From: Octopus sinensis
Taxonomy: Eukaryota
NCBI RefSeq assembly: GCF_006345805.1
Contig: NC_043011.1
Coordinates: 46,512,464 to 46,576,463, forward strand
DNA: 64,000 nucleotides
Direction: 5' to 3'
The notes under the pieces: generated by a model
Database searches by the model: none
What the model saw: the letters and a program-made list of their open reading frames with translations, nothing else
Told to the model about the DNA's origin: nothing
In this document: positions 25,919 to 39,309 of the stretch, piece by piece
Position numbering within the stretch: position 1 is the first letter of the stretch
Layout: each line of letters starts with the position of its first letter
Made by a program: the position numbers and the translations under genes

Positions 25919-26399
25919 ACTGCAGCAGCAATATAAAAGTGATGCTTTATTTTGATTGCCATCCATTACCATTTCACTTTACTTGTCCTGCTGATAGTTT
26001 TAAGAATGGTCTTGATATAAAAAAAATATCTGTTCCATTCCTCATTGTATTCCATTTAAAAAGAAATTTGCGAAAATGCAATAAAACAAGACTTGGACTG
26101 GAAAACATCTAAGAAAAGGCAAAATAAATTATCCAACAAAGTTAAACCTGCTGGGTATAAGGATATAGATTAGTGAGGTAGAGGCTCTACTGAGTTAACT
26201 GGACCATGATACAGTTTATAAAATTACAGGTTCAAGAATGCTCCTACAAACCAAAGGATTATGGTGGCACCGTGGTCTTTATATTAAAGTCCTCACAATC
26301 CTTTGGCAAATTCCTGTTCTTAGTACCACTCAGAAATTTGTATCCTGGCCTTCCTATGTTTCATTCCTACATTGTTCTTTCTCACCTTCCTTATGGAAA

Positions 26400-26900
26400 A
26401 CAAAGTACAACTTGGTGTTTATACATCTTCTAATGATGCTATGACATCACTGTTTTGGTGCATCAATAAGGATACTAAACACTTGGTTATGCCAAAAAGA
26501 AACATTCTGTCAGAGTTCTTCATAACATACTTCACAAAGAGAACATCTTTTGTGTAGCTGTCATCCAGGCAACTCATGCAAATCAGCTTCCTAAATGCAT
26601 CAGCCTCACAAGCTTCCTCCTTAATCTGCTTAATTATCTCATTACAATATTTCACCTACCTTTGTTTTACTAGCTGGATATTCAGCTGTTTTGTATCCAT
26701 GCCAGTTCAGACCATGTGTTTTGCAGAGTGTTCATCATTTCTTTCCTTTAATGGTTAGAATTTGCGACCTCAAAATATCTTCATGAACTCTATTTCCTTC
26801 TGTCAACACTGTTCTGTACTAATGACAAATGCACAGAATCCTCTGCATAATGTTGGTAGACAAACACAATAAAATTTGTTCCATCCATTTAGTAGAGTTT
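26400..26900 (-). mobile_element. Possible decayed hAT transposase fragment
   Basis: ORF EIIKQIKEEA...LICMSCLDDSYTKDVLFVKYV resembles the hAT first catalytic-D region (FSVLxDxSTD...xxVRYV); flanking frames contain stops. Confidence 0.3.
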
Positions 26901-26983
26901 ATTTCTTAGGCTTTCAAAGGAATTTGTGCATAATACAAACAGCAAAACTGCAGACGGTTTATTGGCCTTACAAGATAATACAT

Positions 26984-27211
26984 TTAACCCTTTTGTTACT
27001 GTATTTATTTTGAGATGCTCTGTGTTTCTTTCAATTACTTTAAATATAACAAAGAATTTAGTAAAATAACTTAGTCATCATTCAGCTAGTGTTAGGAACA
27101 TAAATTGTGACTAAGGTTTGGTGGAAGATTTTAATTCAAAACTTATGAAAACAAGGCATTTGTACTCAGAACCAGAGCCGGTTTCAGCCGGGTTGGTAAC
27201 GAAAGGGTTAA
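26984..27211. mobile_element. piggyBac-type MITE
   Basis: TTAAccctttgttac ... gtaacgaaagggTTAA; colinear with 23532-23760. Confidence 0.85.
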
Positions 27212-27582
27212 AACCAGATAAACATGACACACACCTTTAAAAGTAGAGATAGCATCTTCTCCGCCTCTATGTTTGAATATGTCTGGAAAAATGAAGAACA
27301 ACAACAGAACTGATATGGTTCCTGTAAGCTGGAGCTTCATCAAAAAAATGCAACCACCATATTGAGTTAGATTAAAAAGGTGCAACCTATGTTTCTAAAG
27401 AAAATATCATATCTCAATGCTTCAATACATTAAACGGGAAATTCAAGCTTTCGTGTGCAGGCATATGAGCAATTTCCCTTGAAAACATTTCAACAGCAAA
27501 TTACTGCTTAATCATTCTCACAATTAAACACACAGACCATTAGCTAAAGATCTCTAAACAGCAATGATTCCTGTCTACACAG

Positions 27583-27650
27583 TACGCTAATGAAATCACA
27601 GTTGTCACCAGCTCACTCATAGTAATATGTTTTTTCTCTCTTCCATCTAG
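27583..27650 (+). CDS. Candidate exon (68 nt, phase 0 to 2), YANEITVVTSSLIVICFFSLPS
   Basis: Acceptor ttcctgtctacacAG, donor AG|gtgaga; phase-compatible with 31074. Alternative reading: recursive splice site. Confidence 0.3.
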
Positions 27651-27878
27651 GTGAGAGACAGACTGATAATTATTTCTACAAGAATTTTGTCCCCATCTCC
27701 TATCAGTAGCTTGCCAGTTTACCTACCGACAATAATGGAACAATTAGATGCTGCATGCTTTTATTTTGTGAAACCCAAACATAGTTATATTACTCATTGT
27801 TTTTTTTTTTTGTAGCCTGACAGATCATATGTGACAAGAATCTCTAAGCAGTCATTGAATGAATCACCAGCCTTCAGT

Positions 27879-27922
<44 letters not shown>

Positions 27923-27950
27923 ATATACATACATAAATATATATATATAT

Positions 27951-27998
<48 letters not shown>

Positions 27999-28300
27999 GT
28001 ATACATACATATATACATATATAATATATATATATATATTATATATGTGTGTGTGTGTGTGTATATAAGGTGTCATACACACTCACAGTACTAGAACTAA
28101 TATAGAAAGTAAAGGTTATAAAGATACTGTAAATAGAGATTGTTTAACAAACAATATTTTTTTTTATTATAGATCAAACGTGACACGTCAATGCAATTAT
28201 GTAAGAGTGTCTTGAAATAGAATGAAGTGTTGATGCTGTAGTTATGAAGTAAAACAAAAACAAAAGTAAAGATCCTATGGACATGTATGTGTGTGTGCAC

Positions 28301-28400
<100 letters not shown>

Positions 28401-28705
28401 GTATGTATTTCCTCAAAGTAACCTAGCCAGACATTATTTTGATGACTGGAATTTCATTATTTCCTTTTTATATATATAGAGAGAAATATAACTTTCTTTA
28501 GCATTCTATTACTGGTTGAAATAATATATTTCTCCGTCTGCTTGTCTGTCTAATCCCACCCCCATTCTCCCCCTGTCTTTATATATACATGCATATACAT
28601 GTGTATGAAAACTCATGCACTTACATACATGCACAGATACATACATACATACATACATACATGCATGCATACACACATACACACATGTGCATATATATAT
28701 TTATA

Positions 28706-29595
28706 TATGAGGGGGTACTGAAAATTAATCAGCAGCATTCTCTGAGGGACAAACCTGTAGTAGATCAGGCTTCTGCCAGTAGAAGCCACTTGATGCGACC
28801 CTCAGGCATCAGTATGCCTACTGCAACGTGGTGCATCATTTCCTGCAGTGCTTCTCCCCTGTTCGTCAATTTTGCGATGGTTGAAATGAAGGAACAGTAT
28901 GCTTCCATTAAATTCTGTTTTCTAGTGGGGAAAACAGTGACCAAAACAGTTGTAATGCCACAAATAGCTTACAAGGACACTGCCAAGAGCAAAACACAAG
29001 TTTACAAGTGGTTTTCACACTTTAGGAATGGTCAGTTGTCACTTGAAGACCAACTTTATTCAGAGTGATCGTCAACCTCACAGACGAATGAAAACGTCAT
29101 AAAAATTCATGAACTGATTTTGGAGGACCACCACTAAATAATTGAAGAACTTGTTGATATGGCTGCTGTGTTCTGAAGCTTCTGCCAACGAATTTTGTGT
29201 GAGGAATTGCAAATGAAAAGAGTTGCAGCAAAACTTGTGTCTCGCTTGCTCACAGAAGATCAAAAGCAGTCATGACTGAATGTGTGTGGTAAACTGGAAG
29301 AACAGTTGGAAGTTGATCTGCATCCGTTTTTGAAGATCATCACTGGTGACAAAAGCTGGTGCTATGGAATTTGCAAATGTGGAAGAGGCAATGAAAGAAA
29401 ATAAACAATGGAGGCATTAAAAGGCATCACTTTACAGGAGTACCAGCACTGCTTCGAACAGTGGAAAACACATTTGGACTGATGTATTGCTTCAAATGGA
29501 GAATACTTTGAAGGTGATAAAAGTGTAAACACGTAAAACTAACTGAATGAAATGATATTGCAAAATTCCAGTTTCGTTTTGGGTACACCCTCGAA
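28706..29595 (+). mobile_element. Internally deleted mariner element with transposase pseudogene (ATG at 28877)
   Basis: TIRs tatgagggggtactgaaa / ttttgggtacaccctcg; EQYASIKFCFLVGK, WFSHFRNGQLSLED, KRVAAKLVSRLLTEDQK, ITGDKSWCYG joined directly to C-terminal CFEQWK...CIASNGEYFEG. Confidence 0.95.
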
Positions 29596-29964
29596 TGTAT
29601 AGGCTTTTAGATAGATATATAGACAGATACATGTATATGTATACACTTATACATGTACAAAAAAAAAAAAAGGATCAAAGAACTTCCCTAACCATAAGCT
29701 CATGAGGCTAGTTTCCCAGATTCTGTAACATGCATATTCTGCCCTTGGATGGGACACCAGTCTGTCACAGAATTATCCATCTTTGCAAGATAAGTGAACT
29801 GGAATAATGTGAAATGGAAAATTTTACTCAATTATACAATGTATCACTTAGTCCAGAAACCAAAATCACAACCTTGACAATTTCCCTGGGCATGAAATCC
29901 TAACCACTCAACCATGTCCCTACACACACACACACACACACATGTACAAGCACATCTTTTAACT

Positions 29965-30705
29965 TCTACTTGCTTTAATCATTAGACCGTGGCCATGCTA
30001 GGGCCCTGCCTTGAAGAATTTTTAGTTGAATGAGTCGATCCCAGTCCGTTCCTTTTGTCTTTGAAGTCTGTTACTTATTTTATAGGTTTTTTAGCCAAAC
30101 TGCTAAGTTACAGGGATGCAAATACACCAACACTGGTTGTTGAGTGGTGGTGGCAAGAGACAAACTGAGGCACAAAGACACACACACACATATATTATAT
30201 GTGACAGGCTTCTTTCAGTTTCCATCTACCAAATCTGCTCACATAACTTTGGTCAGCCTGAGGCTATAATAGAAGACGCTTGCCCAAAGTGCATGTGATG
30301 AGACTGAACCAGGAACTATGTGGTTGGGAAGCAAGCTTCTTAATTCTTTATTACCCATTAGGGGCCAAACACAGAGAGAACAAACAAGGACATACAAAGG
30401 GATTAAGTCGATTACATCGATCCCAGTGCATAACTGGTACTTAATTTATCGACCCCAAAAGGATGAAAGGCGAAGTTGACCTCAGCGGAATTTGAACTCA
30501 GAACGTAACAGTAGACGAAATACTGCTAAGCATTTCACCGTATTTCATCTGCCGTTATGTTCTGAGTTCAAATTCCGCTGAGGTCGACTTTGCCTTTCAT
30601 CCTTTAGGGGCTGAGAAATCAAGTACCAGTCATGCACTGGGGTCGATGTAATCGACTTAATCGCTTTGTCTGTCCTTGTTTGTCTTCTTACTACACAGCC
30701 ACACC
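29965..30705 (-). mobile_element. SINE family A with nested head-to-head SINE B pair (30343-30540 -, 30541-30683 +)
   Basis: A sequence resumes after the 7-bp TSD cttctta (30336-30342, 30684-30690). Confidence 0.85.
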
Positions 30706-31073
30706 TGTGACTATATAGATATGTAAATCAACTACATCTTTTATAAGGGATGTAAACTGCTGCTGTCTCTTTTAGTTCTCTACTGTCAACTTTTCCCCTA
30801 AAAGATCTCTCTCTGAAATGTTGAATTTTTCCACTCTACACAAGTCCCCTATTCTCCTTTTTATTGATTTTACTAAACAATACAAGTGTTGCTGACTCTG
30901 ACCGAGACCAGTCTCTTTGGTACTTTTGTGTGTGTGTCTGTGTGCGTGCGTGTGCATGCACGTGTGTATGCATATATCAGGGTTTGATCAGTTGCATTTC
31001 ATTTCTCTAATATAGTGTTGACCTCTCCACCAAGCCCACACTAACTATTCTGTCCAGTCTTTCTCTCCCTTAG

Positions 31074-31236
31074 AGCCAGTAATCTGGAGTTCCTTCATCG
31101 CCGAATTCTTCCTGTAGCCATCCACACCTGGTTATTCAAAAGGAATATCGATTTTATTGATCTCACAGGTTATGGAAGAACTGCAATGGCTATGAACATA
31201 ACCGTCCTTTCAGAACATGTCATGGAATTAAAAACG
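31074..31236 (+). CDS. Probable internal coding exon (163 nt, phase 2 to 0), ASNLEFLHRRILPVAIHTWLFKRNIDFIDLTGYGRTAMAMNITVLSEHVMELKT, product unknown
   Basis: Branch-like ctaac at 31051, strong tract ttctgtccagtctttctctcccttAG, only one open frame, donor ACG|gtaaat, higher GC/CpG than flanks. Confidence 0.6.
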
Positions 31237-32911
31237 GTAAATAAATATATAAAGAACTGCAGAATTAGAAAATAAAGGTATTGAAAACAAAGGAACAATT
31301 TAAAATGATAGCAATTAAATGGAATGGCCTTGTGAGTTAATTTGGACATTTGATTTCCCCACTTGCAAGGTCTTTATCATTGAAGCAAAAAGGGACACTT
31401 TACTTTAAGTGTTATTAGAACTCCACTTAGAGATTCTAATGTTAAATAAGTGAATCTAAAATGCTTAGTATTCTGTCTGGCATGCTAACAGTTACGTGAA
31501 GCTCACCACCAATTATTATTAATAATAATAATAATAATAATAAAAATAATAATATTAATAATAATAATAATGATCCTTTCTACTATAGGCACAGGGCCTG
31601 AAATTTGTGGGGAGGGGTAAGTCGATCATATCGACCCCAGTACTTGACTGGTACTTAATTTATCGACCCCAAAAGGATGAAGGTCGACCTTGGTGGAATT
31701 TGAACTCAGAACGTAGCAGCAGACAAAATACTGCTAAGCATATCACCCGGCATTTTGTCAGAATATTTAATGATTCTACTAATAGATTACCAATGGTTTC
31801 TTACAGCGACACAAAACCAATAATTTGGTGGAAGGACCACTTAGTTGATTTAACAAACCTCATGAATTTTGTCCCCCTCAACATCGCTTGACAACTGATG
31901 CTGTTGTGTTTACATCCCCGTAACTTAGCAGTTCAGCAAAAGAGACTGACAGAATAAGTACTAGGCTTACAAAGAATAAGTCCTGGGGTCGATTTGCATG
32001 ACTAAAGGCTGTGCTCCAGCATGGCCACAGTCACATGACTGAAAAGAGTAAAAGTGTAAAAGAGAAACTGACTGATATTTTATTTTATCAGCTCTGGAAG
32101 AATGCAATACAACACTAACTTTAGCAGGATTTGAACACATAACATAAAGTGCAGGAACAAATACCACAAAGCATTTTGTCGAATGTTCTAAAGTCTACGC
32201 CAATGTAACATAAAACGTTGTTTGGTTCAAAGTAGGAACCCCACTCACTCACAGTGTTTGTGTTTTATAGTTTAACATAATAAGAAGATATGAACTAAAA
32301 ACCTTTATTTCTAAAATAACATGTATTGGTGGTCTTGTAGCTAAAAATGTTATTACTCTGAGTATTTAGAAATAAAACTCCCTGGCTCAAATCTAGTTTG
32401 GTATTTATGCTAATCAGAGATCAATCAAACTGATTGAAACATAATGTAAATGTAAATATTAAAAAAAAATGTGGTAGGGTTAATTGTCCCAAAACTTATA
32501 ATCTTATAGACATAAATATTCTTTGATTGATCTTCAAAAGGCTTCTCAGTTTACACAGAGTGAATTAATTTGTAATGTATTCTTTAGCTTCCTGAAATTG
32601 TAGTGGGGGGGGGGGGAGGCTGGAAAAAAAAAACAAAGAAATATTTTTTGCTAAGAAAGAACATCTTCAGTAGACCTTGACAGTTCTTTACAATATATAC
32701 AATAATATTTTTTTAATAATTTATTTTGACTTGGCCAAGCATAAAGCCAAGTTTTTTTTTCTTTTTTTTGTGAAGGCTGGCTTATGACCATCTATTATTC
32801 TATCATTCTTTTAATAGTCTTCATCGCTGGATGGTGGCCATACTGGGGCACTACTTTCAAAGCTTTTAGCTTATGTCAACACCAGTACTGTGTCTGGTAT
32901 TTATTTTATAA

Positions 32912-33146
32912 TAAGGCGGCGAGCTGGCAGAAACGTTAGCACGCCGGGCAAAATGCATGGCCGTATTTCGTCTGCCATTATGTTCTGAGTTCAAATTCCG
33001 CTGAGGTTGACTTTGCCTTTCATCCTTTCGGGGTCGATTAAATAAGTACCAGTTACGCACTGGGGTCGATATAGTCGACTTAATCCGTTTGTCTGTCCTT
33101 GTTTGTCCTCTCTGTGTTTAGCCCCTTGTGGGTAGTAAAGAAATAG
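32912..33146 (+). mobile_element. SINE family B
   Basis: Full-length; TSD-like ggtatttatttta on both sides. Confidence 0.9.
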
Positions 33147-33629
33147 GTATTTATTTTACTAACTTCATAAAGGTTGAATTGAATACTACAAGGTAGTTTT
33201 GTCTGTTGCACTGATTTTCTAAAATTTTACAATGCATGTTTATTTGTCACTAGTGGTAGCAGCATCCTCCCCTCCTCTTTCTTCTCCTCCTCATCATAAT
33301 TTATATGCCTGCTTTTCCCATCTTGGAAGAGGTTGGGCAAGACTATAGGAAGTGATCTAATGGCCAGACTCTCTTTAGGATGCCAACCCCTTTTATTTTC
33401 AAGTAAATTATTTTATTCCATATCTTCACATGACAAACAATCATGTTGGTCAGCATATTGTTTATTCGGGTCATAAACGACCACTGCCATTGACCAAGTG
33501 GAGTCAATGTAAAGACTCTCAGACACATATACATACATGGAGCCCATCCCCCATGCACATGGAAGATGGGCTCCATGTATGCATAGATGCTTCTGTATTT
33601 GAACTCAGAATGTAAAGACATGAAATACC

Positions 33630-33855
33630 TATTTCTTTACTACCCACAAGGGGCTAAACACAGAGAGGACAAACAAGGACAGACAAACGGATTAAGTCAA
33701 TTATATCAACCTCAGTGCATAACTGGTACCTATTTAATTGACCCCGAAAGGATGAAAGGCAAAGTTGGCCTCAGCAGAATTTGAACTCAAAACATAGCGG
33801 CAGATGAAATACTGCTAAGCATTTCGCCCGGCATGCGAATGTTTCTGCCAAGTCA
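33630..33855 (-). mobile_element. SINE family B
   Basis: Reverse complement of family B. Confidence 0.85.
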
Positions 33856-35469
33856 CAATAACAATAATAATGGCTTCTGATTTAGGCACAAGGCCAGCAA
33901 TTTTGTGGGGCCATATCACTTGATTATATCAACCCTGGTACTTGACTGGTATTGTATTTCATCAACCTTGGAAAGATGAGAGCCAAAAAAGTGACAATGG
34001 AAGGATTAAACTGAGAATGTAAAGAACCACAAAACGTACTGGAAAACATTTTGCCCTGACATTGTAATGGTTCTGCCAATACAGGCTTCTACGCAGTTTT
34101 TGTCAAATTTTACTCACAAGGTACAACTGAAGTTGAGGATAGAATAGGAGACGCATACCTAAGGTGCTACAGAGTGCAATCAAACCTGAAGCAATGTGGA
34201 AATGAAGTGATCTTCTTAAGAACACACCCACATGCACACACACAATATTGTTTCCAATTTTGAGGGGAGGGGTTCTAATTTTGAGAGTTAGTTGATACCA
34301 TTGACCTCATTACTTTAATTGTACTTCAATTTACTGATTCCTGAAGAGATGAACAGCAAAGATTTCAACTCAGAATGCAAAATATTTTAGCAAATATCAC
34401 AATGCTCATATTTTTGACATCAAGATTCGGCCAGTGTGGAAGAGAATCGCACTCAATGAATTAAATACTATAAAACATAGATATGTACTTGGGGGCTGGG
34501 GTTATGACTGGAAACCACACAGCTTTCTTCTACCAAATTTCACACACAAAGCTTTGGTTCACTAGAGGATTTGGTACATATTCTGTAAGGCTGAATTGAA
34601 CCCAAGGGCAAATGGTAAGAAAGTTAAATTCTTAACATCTTTGTGACTTAGCAGCTATGAGTGGTCAGCAGAATGAATACTAAACTTAAAATAGTAGCAG
34701 GGTTGGTTTAATTCATTAATCTCTTTAAAGTGGTACCTGAGCATGGCTGCAGTCCAAAGACTGAAAGAAGCAAATGAATAAATTATACACACATGTGTGC
34801 AGAGTTGCACATTTAGTTAGACAACAGCCAATTTGTGTAACAGAATACTTTCTTATTAGGAAACTTTCTCCCAAGGGTGGAAGAATTATTTTCTACTTGT
34901 TTAACAAGGCTGATAGGAAAAGTATTTTACTTAGGTTCTTTTGTACTGAAAGAGTAAAAGACCAACACCATATTCAGTTGACAATTCATAGAAACGTTGC
35001 AAGAATGATCAAATAAAATAAAAGAACTGGAATGACAATCAGGAATGGGAAACAAAGACAAAAAGCAAAGCTGATCTTTCACCATATTAGGATTATACCC
35101 ACTTAGACTAGTCTTCTTCATTCTTTGTCTCAAAGGCTGTCTTCTAGTGGCAACTTTATTCCATCAATTTGTGTATGAGTGTGGAAGGCAAAGGATGTAA
35201 AGGTGAGATGAAAAGAGTGATGAGGGAAGGGGAAAAGGTGAGATGGAAAATAGGGGTGAAAATGAGGGGATTTTAAAGCTAGCTTGTATGGGCATGTATA
35301 TCTGTGTGTGTATGTGCACTGATAGGAGAATAATAACTTTTATGGATGAATGAGGTGGCAAAAATAGGGATAGAAATTGGAGGGGAGAGCTAGGGGAAGG
35401 AGTGAAAGAAAAATGAATAGCTACGTAGTATGTAATAAAATATGGGAGCACCTCAAAAGCCCTTATTGC

Positions 35470-35970
35470 TATGACAGAACTGAACAGCAGACTAAAGTAT
35501 GTTTTCGGCCATGAGGACAAGGAGAAAAAATCTCTCCTTTAGAGTTCAGGAAGGCCTCTGGGGAAGCAAATGCTTAAAGAAAATACTTCTCTCTGCTAAA
35601 CAAAGTCTGTACTAACCACTGCTGTTGAGATATGGTTTACATTCTTTCAGTAATCTTCAATTGACATTATTTTAAGAGGCATTTTCTTTCAAAAGCCATA
35701 TGTATCTTTATAATGTTGTGTCATTATGTTTCCCTAGATTCTGAAAGAGGATTAGTGATTGTTCAGTCTTGTTTTGAAAAGGCCTTCCATTGCATAAACA
35801 TATTTCTGAACTTGCATCTCCCCACTGAGATCCTTCAATACTACCTCTGTGTTAACTTTGCTATTTAGTGGGCATGTGCAACCTGTTCTGTATTTAGTTT
35901 GGGTCTATTTACCTAAATCTGTCTTATGTTAGGTGTACAACTAAAACAGACCCACAATTTTCCTTTATTT
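35470..35970 (-). mobile_element. Penelope-like element GIY-YIG endonuclease remnant
   Basis: Frameshifted translation CTCPLNSK...EGLFKTRLNNH*SSFR...TTL*RYIWLLKE...CKPYLNSSG*YRLCLAE...LNSKGEIFSPCPH matches the PLE endonuclease C-terminus. Confidence 0.75.
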
Positions 35971-36044
35971 ATGTGTCTGAAGAAAATTATTATATGTTAA
36001 TCTTAAGTCTATATTTTTCATTCCTAGTTTTTGTTTATTATTAC

Positions 36045-36081
<37 letters not shown>

Positions 36082-36123
36082 GAGTGAGAGAGCAGTGCAT
36101 GGCACCAAAGTGACACTGGGGTA

Positions 36124-36462
36124 AAGGCAGAGCTATTGTTTACAGTCGTGTTTATTTGTTTGTCTATGGACAAAATGTTTCAAGAACCAATGGGCAGATT
36201 CAGATGAAACTTTCGGGGATGTTTGGCCTCATGACTGGCACGAACTTATTAGATTTGGGGATTGATCCAGTATCAGACAAGGATTCTGGATTATTTTTCC
36301 TGTTTTTTTACTTGAGAGTGGTCGGGTTCATTTTTAGTATCCTCGTTTGTTAGAGCAGTCAAGTTTATTTCAGATATTCTCCTTTTAAAAATTATCTCTG
36401 GCTAATCGTTGAGAGGACATTGGTGTTGCCTTGGCAGAGGTTTGCACTCTCTGAGTGCTCTT
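36124..36462 (+). mobile_element. Helentron-associated (HINE/DINE-like) non-autonomous element
   Basis: 5' ggcagag...gtttgtttgtct; 3' hairpin ggcagaggtttgcactctctgagtgctc followed by ttgtt. Confidence 0.55.
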
Positions 36463-36774
36463 GTTATTATCATTATTATTGTAATTATTATTATTATTAT
36501 TTATTTTTGCAGTATCTCTGTGAATTATCAAATGAATGTTCTTTAGACCTGCAGCACAAAATAGACCAAGCTTTACTTTTCTGATCAGTCATGTCTGACA
36601 GTATTAACTCATGCTTCCATTCCAGGATGAGCTTCTGTTTAAATACAAAACTGTTTAGTAACACAAATTGGCTGATATGAGACTAAATTTATAACACTAT
36701 CTAAATAATATATCTGCTCTATTACCTAATATACAATGGAGCTCATTTTACCTGGCTTATGAAAACTTGAACAC

Positions 36775-36919
36775 CTATATATACATATGTATATATATAT
36801 AGATACATATATATACATATGTATATATAATATATATATATATATATATATGTAAGTATATATGTAAATATATGTATATATATATATATATATATATAGA
36901 TACATATTATATACATATG

Positions 36920-36972
<53 letters not shown>

Positions 36973-38097
36973 AGTATATATGTAAATATATGTATATATA
37001 TATATATATATATATGTAAGTATATATGTAAATATATGTATATATATATAGGCACACAAACATGTGTACATCTGTGTATATGCGTATGTGTGTTTATATG
37101 GTGTGTGTGTGTGTGTGTATGCATGGATGGATGTGTGTGCATACACACACTGCAAACTGCAATAAACTTTGAAAATAACTAGTGAAGCGTTCACAGTATC
37201 AGCTTAACTGAACACATCTCTAGCCATGCTGTAACATTCAAATAGATTGGCTTGGTTGGAAGGGCTGAGTTTGTTCAGCAGTAGAATTACTTATAGACAA
37301 ATAGTAGTAGTAGTAAGTAGTAGTAGTAGTAAGTAGTAGTAGTAGTGGTGGTGGTGGGGTGGTGGTGGTGGTGGTGGTGGTAGTGGTAGTGGTGGTGGTT
37401 GTCGTGGTGTTCAGTGAATGAATGATATGTTATATTGACAGAGCATGGAAGATGAAGAGTGTCTGTCTGTGTGTGGGAGAGAAGAAGAAGAAGAAGAAGA
37501 AGAAGAAGAAGAAGAAGAAGAAGAAGAAGAAGAAGAAGAAGAAGAAGAAGAGAGAAATTGGTTGAAAAGAAGATAGAAGGAGAAATGAAGAGAGTCTGTG
37601 CAAGAAAGAGAGAGTTTATGGGAGTGAGAGTATATATTGTTTGTGAGAAACAAGAAGAATGAGAAAGAAACAGATAGAGAAAACGAGTAAGAGAGAGAAG
37701 GAGAGAGAGAGAGAGAGGGAGAGAGAAAGGGAAAGAAAGAGACGGAGAAATTGATGGCGAAAAAGAGAGACAAAGCTAAAGTGAAAGAAAAAGTGAGAGT
37801 GTATGAGAGAAAGGCAGAGAAATAGAAAAAGAAAAGATACAGTGGTATGTGAGAGAGAGGGAATGGTTGAAAGTTTGAAAGAGAGAGAGCGAAAGACAGA
37901 GTGTGTTTGAGTGAGATAGACAGGGAGAGAGAGAGGGAGAGAGAGAGAGAGAAAGAAAGACAGAGTGTGATTGAGTGAGTTAGACAGAGAGAGAGAGAGA
38001 AAGACAGAGTGTGTTTAAGTGAGAGAGAGAGAGAGAAAGACAGAGTGTGTTTGAGTGAGAGAGAGAGAGAGAAAGTCAGAGTGTGCTTGAGTGAGAT

Positions 38098-38145
<48 letters not shown>

Positions 38146-38200
38146 TGTGTTTGTGTGAGATAGACAGAGAGAGAGAGAGAGAAAGAGACAATGCAAAAGA
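36775..38200. repeat. Microsatellite field: (TA)n with higher-order tatgtaag units, (TAG)/(GGT), (AAG)n, and a GA-rich minisatellite with gacagagtgtg units
   Basis: Direct inspection. Confidence 0.95.
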
Positions 38201-39309
38201 GAGATATTCGCTAATCACAGGGGTGGTGGGAGGAGTAGGTAGAAGCGGTGATCAATTAAGGAAACTTATAAATAGAAGGAAATCTTTCTGCTCCAGTGCT
38301 GACCGTAACATGTTATGTCTAATAACACCATAGGTAAATAAAAATATCCTTTTTTCTAAAGAATTCATTCTAAAATCACTTTCTAACTCGTCTTTAAACA
38401 CATGCAATCGATCATTCTGCTTCATTCTTTCTCTATATCTTACCATTTTGTATTTCTTGGCATTCATTTATTTATTTATATATCTTGAATTTCCCCTTCA
38501 TTGATATTTCTTTATTCTTGATTGATTTCCTCATTTTTACATTCTCTTTTGTAAAGAATTTCTTGGACTTCATTATAAGACCAGTCTGTCTGTGGGTCCT
38601 TTAGCTTTGGTTTCTTTCCCCTCACTATGAAGACCAAATACCATAGCTCTGTGTTTAAAGTGCTCAAACTGCTTTTCATATGGATAAATGAGTTCAAATC
38701 TTATTAGAGTTGTTATTTTTTTTTGTTGCAATGTTGGTCAACACATAAATAACACTTGTTTGCTTCAGTCTGTCTGACTGATAATAGACAACATTTGTAT
38801 TTCGTTTCGCATTTGGTTATTTAGCTATAGAAAGCAGCACAATGTAAATGTGTGTGTGTGTGTGTTCGTGCATGCACACACTGAGGAATCAATCACTCAA
38901 CAAGCTAACAAAAGATGCTCTATGTAGTTACTTAAATCAACCAGCAAACTCTTACATGATTGCTTGAGCCAAAATGAAACCTCTATGCAGACAGAACATC
39001 TACATAGTTCATTGACTGGACAGAAATTGCAAATAAATTGACATTAAAAAAATAAGCTATTGTCTGTATAACAGAATAGCATATTGCACTTTGTACTCAT
39101 AGGTATACAAATTGGCAAGGAGATCATTCTGAATTAACTTTGGGGAAAAATTGGCTCTGTAATGATTGACCTGGGATTAACTGTTTAGCACTTAAACCTG
39201 CCAAATCCAACCCAAATATTCTACGTGTTTTATGTTCAAAATTAGCCAGGTACGGTCTCTCACACCTGTCCTACAATGTCATTCTAAAAATAAGATATCG
39301 AAAATCAGC

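Larger units (their letters stand above)
24587..26140. repeat. Inverted repeat pair, arms 24587-24777 and 25948-26140
   Basis: ~190-bp arms, roughly 80-85% identical by eye; spacer holds SINE D, ~300 bp unique sequence and SINE A. Confidence 0.85.
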
